NCBI GenBank assembly: GCA_024626585.2
Contig: JANKJI020000004.1
Coordinates: forward strand, 29,362,318-29,382,139
DNA length: 19,822 nucleotides
Direction: 5' to 3'
From: Ginkgo biloba
Taxonomy: Eukaryota; Plantae; Ginkgophyta
Positions 1-8,613 of the stretch are shown piece after piece. Both the position numbers and the translations under genes were made by a program. The notes beneath the pieces are model-generated. The model did no database searches. It saw only the letters and a program-made list of their open reading frames with translations, and had not been told where the DNA came from. How positions within the stretch are numbered: position 1 is the first letter of the stretch; each line of letters starts with the position of its first letter.

Positions 1-12
1 ATATATATATAT

Positions 13-150
13 GATCAACTTAAAATTACATTTGCAACTCAATGGGAATCGTACAATTACAAAGTAATGCCATTTGAGTTAACAAATACACTAATAAATT
101 TCTTAAGGATCATAAATATAGTCTTTAAGGACTATTTTGAAAGACTATTT
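13..150 (+). mobile_element. Degenerate Ty3/gypsy reverse transcriptase fragment
   Basis: Frame from 13 reads DQLKITFATQWESYNYKVMPFELTNTLINFLRIINIVFKDYF. This matches the gypsy RT motif D..KT.F.T..G.Y.Y.VMPFGL.NAP..F.R.M..VF. It breaks off before the YxDD motif. Confidence 0.85.
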
Positions 151-186
151 TACATAATTTAGAGCATTGTTTTTTGTTATTTGTCA

Positions 187-1617
187 ACTTTTGACATAAC
201 ACTCCTCTTCCAACATAGAAATAACTCTTTGGTTCTTAGAGCGCACTTGTAGATGCCAATCAACTTGACTAAAATTCTTGCAACAATACAATGACTCTTT
301 CCAAGAATGATTCTTTGCCACTCTTACCCTACAATGGTGATGAGGCTATATTTTTAGGATACACTTTTCTACTTGCTTCTTCCTTGAATAACTTTGCTTT
401 TTCTCTTCTACTAATTCCTTTTGGAGTGTAGGTGTATTTTCTACTTCTTTCCCCTTATTCTTAGCTGCCATATCCTTCCTTTGACTATCTTTTTTTATTC
501 TTAGGATGAAGTTAAGGATGTAGTTTCTAACACTTTACATCATAATTCCCACTAATGTTGTAATGACAACAATAATTCTTACCACTACTTTTAGAAATTG
601 TTTCCTTTACTTCTTAGATAGTAATTCCATTCTTCTTATTTTTCGTACCCTATTCTTCTTATTGGCTCAAAGAGCGGTACTTATAACTCATGTTCTTCTT
701 GAAGTACTTAGACTCTTTAGTGATGGATTATTTCCTCTAACACATGGACACATAATGGTTGCTCTTTCCACAAAAGGAACATGAACAATAATACCAACAA
801 TGGTGTGTTATATGGCCTCTTATTTTACAATGAAAAGAAATAATAAAAGACTTCTTTGCATACCTCCTTGGGTTGCCCTTACTTAAGCTTGTACTTGGGT
901 TGTGGAGTGGTGAACCACTACCTTCTCCTTGTTCCTTGTTTGAAGGATGCCCTTTCTTTGGAGTTGCACTTGAGAATTATCCATTCTCTTTAATGCAATC
1001 AATATATATTAGACCTGTATTATGTTGCATAACATCTACCTCAATGGGATTCTTCATTCCTTGACCATTCTTTCCAAGTCCTTTACCACTANNNNNNNNN
1101 NNNNNNNNNNNNNNNTTTTCAACAACTTAGAGTCAATTCCTTTAATATGCATTTCAAAAATACCAAAGGACTCATCTTGAGAAAGAGAAACTGGTGAGGT
1201 TATTACCATTCTTACCTTTGTCACATTTTGGGCATCTCATGTAAAGGAAGACTTCCTTAGAATGGCTGACTCCTACTTCTTGACCCCTTCATACTCTTCT
1301 TGTAGCTTGGTCAATACTCATTCTTTGTCATCCAACTCTTGTTATAATTTCTCCATGGATTAAGAATTACTATTCTCCAAGTGTTTCAAATGGCTAAGGA
1401 TGGATGCTCCTTCTTGCGAGGAATGAGATTTATATTTCTCTAACTTTTGCATGACACCAATGAGAAAATCTATATGGTTGTCCAAATTATTTTATAGCTC
1501 TTCATTCTCCATTTTTATGTTTTGGATTATCTTCCCCAACTCTTGGTTATTATCACGATATTGTTGGTTGAATGCTTGAAGCTCTTGGACATTCTCTTAC
1601 TTTGAAGCTCTACCCAT
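187..1617 (-). pseudogene. Decayed ORF: coiled coil + G-patch + three CCHC zinc knuckles
   Basis: MGRASK*ENVQELQAFNQQ...(helical, E/K/Q-rich)...SFGIFEMHIKGIDSKLLK[gap]SGKGLGKNGQGMKNPIEVDV (G-patch, ~1170-1000). Then SFHCKIRGHITHHCW (838-794), CSFCGKSNHYVSMC (781-740) and CCHYNISGNYDVKC*KLHP*LHPK (571-500). One frame on each side of the N gap, many point-mutation stops, and a probable frameshift in the A-run near 490. Confidence 0.85.
202..213 (-). other. Polypurine tract candidate
   Basis: Minus strand TTGGAAGAGGAG directly followed by TGTTA, resembling the copia-type TTGAGGGGGAG|TGTT junction. Confidence 0.5.
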
Positions 1618-1654
1618 GGTTAATATATTATAGCCCCACAAGACCTAAAAAAAA

Positions 1655-1666
1655 TTTCAGATACTA
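1655..1666 (-). other. Degenerate tRNA-iMet primer-binding site
   Basis: TAGTATCTGAAA versus TGGTATCAGAGC (8/12). It lies 3 nt after a CA dinucleotide and ~40 nt before the ORF ATG. Confidence 0.45.
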
Positions 1667-2412
1667 AATTGGTATGTAGCTCAGTGGGTGAGTCAAAATA
1701 TCCTAATGTAATTAACTATAGATTATTGAACAAAATTATCTTTAAAGATAATAAAAATATTACTCTGTTTGAAATTGCATGCACTCCTATTAACTTGAAT
1801 CTAAAAAGTCAAGAGTAAATAAAAATTAGAAACACACAATTTTTTACACAAGTATAAAGTTTTAACTAGAGAAACCCTTTTGGGGAATAAAACTCCAAAA
1901 TGGTATTAAATTTCTCTTCAACAAGAATTTAGATTCAATTGTGCCAATGCTTCTATCTAGAGATGCCACTCATAGATCTTTACACAATTACAAACAGACT
2001 GAACAATGGTGTGGAACTTTTCCGTCTCACAAGGACTCTCTCACACTTTGCTTATGCAATTCTTACTGCTTCAGAACTATTCTAGCTTCTCTCTCAATGG
2101 TTGCATTCTCCTTCTGCTTGCCCTCTCTCTCTCTCAATGATTGTCTCTTGCCCCTATTCTTCGTTTTTCCCTTCGAATCCTTTCAGTTACCCTAATTGTT
2201 CGAAGTTGTTGAACCGTCTCAAGGTAGTTGAACGATTTTTGTAACTATCGAAACGACAAAAAATCGAACTACTTAATCATGGGCTACGCACAGGAAAAGT
2301 CAAGGTCAGGGANNNNNNNNNNNNNNNNNNNNNNNNNNNNNNNNNNNNNNNNNNNNNNNNNNNNNNNNNNNNNNNNNNNNNNNNNNNNNNNNNNNNNNNN
2401 NNNNNNNNNNNN

Positions 2413-2890
2413 GAATAAAATTGACCCTATATTTGACTCAAAATTATAACTAATAATCAAGAAACATATGGTGTACTATAATTATGTGAAAGGTTCATTA
2501 CTTGCATATGGACTATATAAAGACAAGTTGTTAATATACTCAAAACTAATATAAAGCTAGCATCCATATTGAGTCACTAATATTAATCTGATCATATTGG
2601 TTTAGAGAAACTCTATTCTATTCTTAGCCATTGAATATGCCTATATAAGTTTTAAAAAATTATGACTTAAATCCTTTAAAATAATAAATTAAAGAACTTT
2701 CTAAGTTTGATGGTTTCATAACATTGATTATTAATGTTGTCTATTATGTCTCAAATAATCATCCACCCTTTATTTAATAAATCTTAATTTTAGAACTTTG
2801 ATAAGGGTTGCTAAGGATTTTTATGAACATGAGTACAACAAGACTATCATGATTATTTGTGGATATATAAGTCTTTATCACATATTATCT
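2413..2890 (+). repeat. Dispersed AT-rich repeat, copy 1 (homologous to 10069-10548)
   Basis: Colinear shared blocks, e.g. ataatcaagaaacatatggt, atggactatataaagacaagttg, atatactcaaaactaata, taaatcctttaaaataataaat, tggatatataagtcttt. Confidence 0.9.
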
Positions 2891-3797
2891 ATCCTATGTA
2901 ACTAAGAAATTTATAGCGAGTGATTGTGCCCCCCCAAAACCATGAATAAAAAAGATGGAGAGAGAAAAATGCAGCTACCAACATAAAATCCATGCCATCC
3001 AATTGGTGCCCCTAGATGTCGTGTCATTAAGAAAAATAATATTTTTAATAAATTTTTTATCTCTCAAAACTCCCTCTTGTCCACTGCTCTCTAAATGTCC
3101 GTGATGTAGAGAATACATAGTCATGATAGCATTGTGGGCATCCACAACACCTACATTTTGGTTGAGAAGGGAAAATGTGAGGATAAACTTAGTGGCAAGG
3201 GAGATCAAGGGAACAAATGAGATGAGAGAGCGCTTAAGTAATATCTGGAACATAATTATTTCGCTGAGAATCATTTTGTTATCCAAGCATTGAATGCGAC
3301 CTCCCAAAGGTAACTTTAATAGGAATATGGTGAACATCCTAAATTTGGTATAAGAAAGGAAATTTTAACCAGAAACCCTTTCTTTAAGTAGTGGAGCTCA
3401 AGCTCTACAGGCATTGCGATAATACTTCATAGAGGAAAGTAAGTTAAAGAGAAAGCCTAAAATTTTTAAAGAAGAGGTTTTAAGGAATAATAAATTGTAG
3501 AAGAGATTTAGGCTATAACGGTGTTAAAATAATGGATGAGACCATTTCAACGAGATCTTGAANNNNNNNNNNNNNNNNNNNNNNNNNNNNNNNNNNTTTT
3601 TCCCACAAATATCTTGGATTTAAAGGATTACAAAATATTAATATTCAACATTTGACAAAAATTTATAAAGTAAATGTTATTGAGCATTCTAAATTTTCTT
3701 AGATTGAGTTCCTGCTACATTAAAAGAGATCCTGACCTATTTCAGTTCAATGTAGTACTCTACTGTATATTAATTTTTCACCAAAATTTTTATTTAG

Positions 3798-3960
3798 ATG
3801 TTGAAGATTTTGCACCGTTGTGATTCATCCCTTGGTTTTAGTAAGAGCCAAAAGCAAAACATTAGCTGTCAAAGCGTCTTGCTGGTCAGACGGAGCTCAT
3901 TGCTTCTTGGAATGTTGTGCAGATTTTACCAACTTAGAGGCCTACTACACTTTAGGAATG
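3798..3960 (+). pseudogene. Orphan exon of an F-box/MYND-type protein (At1g67340/At5g50450-like) with premature stop
   Basis: Acceptor tttag| at 3797 and donor |gtaagc at 3961. Frame from 3799: C*RFCTVVIHPLVLVRAKSKTLAVKASCWSDGAHCFLECCADFTNLEAYYTLGM. This matches the family segment CKR......HP.VL......AV.A.NWS..AHRFLK.CAD.GN.EACYTLGM. TGA at 3802-3804. Confidence 0.85.
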
Positions 3961-4617
3961 GTAAGCTATTAAACATTTTACTCTTTTTTTCCTATATAGT
4001 AAATCTAATTATTTATCACTTTCTTTGAAACATCGAACTTAGATGTCATAAAATATTCACTGCTTAAGATGGCACATCTTTTACGAATTACTAAGGTTGC
4101 GAACTCTTTTATATTTCATATAGATGTCTTATTCCACCAAGATGCAAATGCAAAGTTTATATTATTAGTTATGCATCTTTCTCAATCCTAAAGTAATAAT
4201 ATCATACTATATATCTAAAGCATTTTCCTATCCAAACCCCCAACCCCCAAGGCATAGAACATTAAAAAAGTCAACAAAACTAACTGGCAAATGAACATAG
4301 AAAAGCCTCGACGAAATAAATACAAACATAAACCATATTTACTCATTGTGTTGCGTGTATAAAAACGGAGAGTCTGAGACAAGGATTCTAGAACAATCAC
4401 AATGGTGTGGGGGTGGAGAGGTAGTTCCATATGATGCTATATAACTAGTGCCCCATTAGCGTGACAGCTACAACTGTGCTGATGTTGATAATTTTTGTCA
4501 CTTTCAGCTAGAGCACTCTCTAGCTCTAAATGTATCAACAAATGTGGATTCAATGAGGATGGAAATCTTTTCCTAAGGTCGTTGTAAGCCAAGTGGAAGT
4601 GAGGTTAGAAACACATA

Positions 4618-4850
4618 GGCGAGGGCAATGTCACATGAAGTAATGTCTTTCAAAGTTCATTGAGGAGCCATTTGATGAGCAAGGCGAGGGCAATGTAACA
4701 TGAGCTCTTGCTATAAACTATTTAATGGAAGATGTGATGTTACTTCCACGTACTAGGCATTTGATAAATAGGGCAAGGACGATATCACGTGAGCTATTGA
4801 TGTAAACTATTCAATGGAAGATGCGATGTTGCTTCTAGGTATTGGGCATA
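4618..4850 (+). repeat. Degenerate tandem repeat: one 65-bp partial unit plus two ~89-bp units
   Basis: Units start at 4618 (ggcgagggcaatgtcacatga), 4683 (ggcgagggcaatgtaacatgagct...taaactatttaatggaagatgtgatgtt) and 4772 (ggcaaggacgatatcacgtgagct...taaactattcaatggaagatgcgatgtt). Confidence 0.85.
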
Positions 4851-5361
4851 TATTTTACCTTAAATTTAAGGTTAATTAATTTAATTTTTTTTCCTAAAGG
4901 AATGCGATAATGTTTGTTTTTTAACGAGGTGTATATAATGAATGTGCCTTTGTAGTATTTACTATGGCTGCATTTTTAGTGGTTCTATTCCCTAGAGCCA
5001 AAGATACAGAGCCTAGGTGTAAACCCATGAAGAATTCTAGATATCCATATGGTAACATGGCACTGTGGGTCATAGTTTTAATATAGGTATTTATTGATAT
5101 AGATGTAAGAAAACCTNNNNNNNNNNGATGCTCTGTAGAAGCAATTAGTTATTAATGGTCCGATGCCCTGAATAGTTTTTAATGTGAAACATGTAACAAT
5201 TACTATTGATTGAATGCAAATATAGTAATGGAATCAAGTCATTATCTCTACTTTGTAGAATGTATTTGTCTGTACAGATACCACATGCTTATTATTATCG
5301 CATATTTTAGCCTTTTAGTCTAAAATACCTATGACAATTATTTGCCACAAGTAAAGGACTA

Positions 5362-5388
5362 GTGTGTGTGTGTGTACATACATATATA
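5362..5388. repeat. (GT)7 plus TA/CA microsatellite at a contig end
   Basis: Seen directly; abuts the 100-N gap. Confidence 0.9.
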
Positions 5389-5488
5389 NNNNNNNNNNNN
5401 NNNNNNNNNNNNNNNNNNNNNNNNNNNNNNNNNNNNNNNNNNNNNNNNNNNNNNNNNNNNNNNNNNNNNNNNNNNNNNNNNNNNNNNN

Positions 5489-6106
5489 ATCTTGGCATCC
5501 AACTTCTTCCATAGAGATGGTGATAATCTTATTAGCAATTCCTCTAGAGTGGCATCCTTATATTCTGTTAGCAATATTTTCACTTCCTTTGGAATCTTTA
5601 TCGAATGCTCTCTTTCCATCTCTTTCGCTAACATAGCATAGCATATTCTTGTGACTCATATGCTTTTCATGAATTTCTTCATCAACAAAGTTACTTATGA
5701 TAATTCTTCTTCCTTCATCGACCATTATATGACATTCCTTCTATCTTTTCCAAAAGAGTAGGTGTGTCTTCTCCCCTTGTGCATTTCTCATTAGTCAAAC
5801 TTCTATGGTTATCCCATCAATAAGTGACATGCGTTAATCAACACTATGTNNNNNNNNNNNNNNNNNNNNNNNNNNNNNNNNNNNNACTATAAGACATTTG
5901 TCCTTGATGGTGCTCTCTCCTCCCTTTTTGAACCATGAGATTCTATATGGCATCTCATGTCATTATTGGTGGAATCCCAACTTCTAGACCATTTCCTATT
6001 ATTCCATATTCTCACAACTCCCTCTGTCAATAATCACATCATAGACTCTTCCTCCAGACTTACATCTAGTTTTGAAGATCCTCTTTCTTTGGTCCAAGTT
6101 TCTTGT
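5489..6106 (-). mobile_element. CRM-like chromovirus fragment (copy A): aspartic protease + linker fused to integrase core
   Basis: QRKRIFKTRCKSGGRVYDVIIDRGSCENM...EVKILLTEYKDATLEELLIRLSPSLWKKLDAK. Colinear with 15508-16125 (123/150 identical over 5491-5640, hand count). Confidence 0.9.
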
Positions 6107-6228
6107 NNNNNNNNNNNNNNNNNNNNNNNNNNNNNNNNNNNNNNNNNNNNNNNNNNNNNNNNNNNNNNNNNNNNNNNNNNNNNNNNNNNNNNNNNNNNNN
6201 NNNNNNNNNNNNNNNNNTGTGAGTGTAT

Positions 6229-6260
<32 letters not shown>

Positions 6261-6356
6261 GTGCATGCACATGTGCACGGACACACATACACATAATATA
6301 TTTATATATACACAAAAATATTCTCTCACACACACATATATAGGTGTGTGTATATA
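6229..6356. repeat. (AC)12 microsatellite followed by mixed AC/AT/GC dinucleotide repeats
   Basis: Seen directly; lies in the presumptive intron 1 of the MYB fragment. Confidence 0.9.
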
Positions 6357-6440
6357 ATCAACAATATAATTGAGCCCTTATATTATAGGAAAAATAATTT
6401 TCAAAATACCCTCTAAATATCTGTAATAAGAAATGTATAC

Positions 6441-6573
6441 CTTCTTGTTTTGGAAGTGCACTCCAACTTCCATGACCATGTTTCTGAATATGTTCCATAA
6501 TATTTTGGTCCTCTTCTAACATCCATGGACCTTTCTTCACTCCATTCTTTTCACAGCATGGTGCATGCCCCAT
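6441..6573 (-). pseudogene. MYB: R2R3-MYB transcription factor exon 1 (probably decayed; exons 2-3 not visible)
   Basis: MGHAPCCEKNGVKKGPWMLEEDQNIMEHIQKHGHGSWSALPKQE-G|gt. Exactly 133 bp with a phase-1 GT donor at 6440, the usual R2R3-MYB exon 1 structure. Conserved residues are altered (MGR>MGH, WTPEED>WMLEED, KL>NI, AG>EG). Confidence 0.9.
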
Positions 6574-6631
6574 TCTCACCACACTCAACTACAAGATTTT
6601 GTAATATTATAATCTAGCAACTAAGGTATGT

Positions 6632-6651
6632 TATTTATAGATATTTATATA
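6632..6651 (-). promoter_or_regulatory. Candidate TATA boxes upstream of the MYB ATG
   Basis: TATATAAATA (6651-6642) and CTATAAATA (6640-6632), 60-80 nt upstream of the ATG. The AT-rich background lowers specificity. Confidence 0.4.
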
Positions 6652-7361
6652 AACATTAATAATTGCATTAAAAAGGAGTCATAGATACATCTACAAATGA
6701 TAAACATGAGCTGTAGGTAAAAAAAAAAGGTAAGATTATAAATGATTATTGGCACAAGGAGTGTGTTTGTGTGGGTGTACCGTGTGGTCAACTCTGTGCC
6801 ATTGAATTCTATCAATGTCAAGTGTTAGGCCTCCCATTTAGAGANNNNNNNNNNNNNNNNNNNNNNNNNNNNNNNNNNNNNNNNNNNNNNNNNNNNNNNN
6901 NNNNNNNNNNNNNNNNNNNNNNNNNNNNNNNNNNNNNNNNNNNNNNNNNNNNNNNNATACCTAGGAAAAACTTAGTATTGCATAAATATTTACATATTCC
7001 ATATAAGAATTTAATCACACTCTGAAAAATATCCTGGTCAATTTTTTCATGTAATGATACATATTTCAAGTATAGGATAAAAATATTAAGAAAATCTACC
7101 CAAATATTAATTCAGAGTTACATGGGCTAATTTTGATAGTTAATATTTGGTAAAAGTTTTATAAATCCTCTTACAAGATACTAAAAGTACAAGTAGTTAT
7201 CAATATAATGAGATTGGTATGTTATTTCTTATCTTTCTTGACGACATTACCAACAATTTTTNNNNNNNNNNNNNNNNNNNNNNNNNNNNNNNNNNNNNNN
7301 NNNNNNNNNNNNNNNNNNNNNNNNNNNNNNNNNNNNNNNNNNNNNNNNNNNNNNNNNNNNN

Positions 7362-7667
7362 GAATCACTAAGAGTTGATGACCAGACTGAAGGTGATCTG
7401 CTCCCTAAGATATCAGCAGAAGGAATTAGCTTAGACAAATATCCTGAAGGTGTCTTTGGAGATAAATACTGCACATTTTCACAGCCACTGTTGCATGCAT
7501 TGTCTGAAGTTGTTGAAGGAGAAGAAATCTCCCTGGATACTGTGAAAGCACTCTTAGGAATAAGCCATTTCAGACAAAGATCATTGCACTTGCACAAGGA
7601 TACATGACACGACTCATCATACTTTAAAGTGGGCATTTTCACAATTCTGTTTATAAGCTGTGATGTG
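7362..7667 (-). CDS. Probable internal coding exon of an unidentified protein (3' end in gap)
   Basis: Stop-free ~100 codons (TSQLINRIVKMPTLKYDESCHVSLCKCNDLCLKWLIPKSAF...SPKTPSGYLSKL...), less AT-rich than its flanks. Preceded by a pyrimidine tract and cag acceptors (exon start 7667 or 7657) and by T-rich intron-like DNA. Confidence 0.55.
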
Positions 7668-8073
7668 CTGTGAATTTGAAGAGGAAAAACATATAGAGTT
7701 CTGTCAAGAGAAGGGTTGCCCATAGTACATGAGAGATGCCTAGATAATCTTACTCCGTTCTTAATAAGCTGCACATGACCAAACATAAACTCTTAGTCCA
7801 CAAAAGAAGAAGGAAAATCCCTAAATAACCATCATAGGGTAGTAATGGAAAAGGGTCATTATAGGCATTGTATTCTCACCTAACCCAACCATTGGAGTAT
7901 AAGGGAATGTTACTCCCTAAATTTTCATCAAATTATGATAGACTTCAAATGCAGTCAAGATGGGAAAAATGAACAATTTGCCACATACCAGAGCAGCAGG
8001 AAATCAAGAATAATAATGCAAGAACAACTTATAGAAACCAGCCTTCAATGCTAACACAGAACAGCAATCAAAC

Positions 8074-8131
8074 CTTACGGGAGGGCCAAACAATGGCAAC
8101 TGCAAAGTAAGTACCAACTTCGTCCATCATA
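8074..8131 (-). CDS. Candidate upstream exon of the same unidentified gene (5' end in gap)
   Basis: Donor |gtaagg (exon end 8079, phase 2, YDGRSWYLLCSCHCLALP) fits the acceptor at 7667. Donor aag|gtttga (end 8074, phase 0, MMDEVGTYFAVAIVWPSRK) fits the acceptor at 7657. Confidence 0.35.
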
Positions 8132-8487
8132 NNNNNNNNNNNNNNNNNNNNNNNNNNNNNNNNNNNNNNNNNNNNNNNNNNNNNNNNNNNNNNNNNNNNN
8201 NNNNNNNNNNNNNNNNNNNNNNNNNNNNNNNNNNNNNNNNNNNNNNNNNNNNNNNAAGCATTTATGTGTTCATTTCAGCAATTAATAATAATAATGATCA
8301 ATGTTTGAAATGCAGGAAAAGCAGCTATGAAATATAGAAGCAAGAAAGAATATATCATAAGCTGCAGGCGCAAGCTAAAATAAAGGTTATTTTACGAAAT
8401 GCATCTCACTGAGCAGTAAATACTCTCTTCTCCAATGACTCAAACAAAATAGACATTAATTTAACATTTCCCTCTTGGACCATATAC

Positions 8488-8561
8488 CCTTGGANNNNNN
8501 NNNNGGCTGCTCCTTAGCCCCATTTCTATACATATTGGCAGCCAAAAAACTGGGTTACCTC
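8488..8561 (-). CDS. Candidate small exon of the same unidentified gene
   Basis: ccttctgcag| acceptor and agg|gtatat donor. The only open frame is GGNPVFWLPICIEMGLRSS. Contains a 10-N gap. Confidence 0.25.
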
Positions 8562-8613
8562 CTGCAGAAGGCTACTATATGAAGCTTATATAAGATCCTA
8601 CTACTATTTTTTT

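Larger units (their letters stand above)
150..2158 (-). mobile_element. Putative non-autonomous LTR retroelement (5' LTR remnant, PBS, single ORF, PPT, truncated 3' LTR)
   Basis: Order on the minus strand: LTR-like DNA ending CA at 1671-1670; ATT; PBS-like TAGTATCTGAAA (1666-1655); ATG at 1617; ORF; purine tract TTGGAAGAGGAG (213-202); TGTTA. Outer boundaries are approximate. Confidence 0.55.

Noticed and set aside
250-300. VARILVKL as a LINE ORF1 motif
   Set aside because: Only ~7 residues with no supporting context, and it lies inside the G-patch element ORF region in another frame.
761-772. CGKS on the minus strand as MYB exon 2 (RCGKSCRLRW)
   Set aside because: The context is CSFCGKSNHYVSMC, a CCHC knuckle; there is no CRLRW.
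2995-3562. CA-AT-TGGTGCCC as a PBS followed by a stop-riddled hydrophilic frame (possible gag start); also ORF 2975..3337(-)
   Set aside because: No recognisable Gag motif and the PBS match is too short. The minus ORF has no domain signal.
3798-4028. Listed 76-aa ORF
   Set aside because: Wrong frame; the +1 frame is the F-box exon, and the listed ORF runs through the splice donor.
5307-6343. Numerous ORFs containing X runs and CV/HT repeats
   Set aside because: Artefacts of N gaps and dinucleotide microsatellites, apart from the retrotransposon-derived parts annotated above.
7362-7607. Plus-strand 81-codon open frame as a terminal exon
   Set aside because: Not excluded but disfavoured: splice signals and intron T-richness point to the minus strand, and in-register antisense open frames are common.
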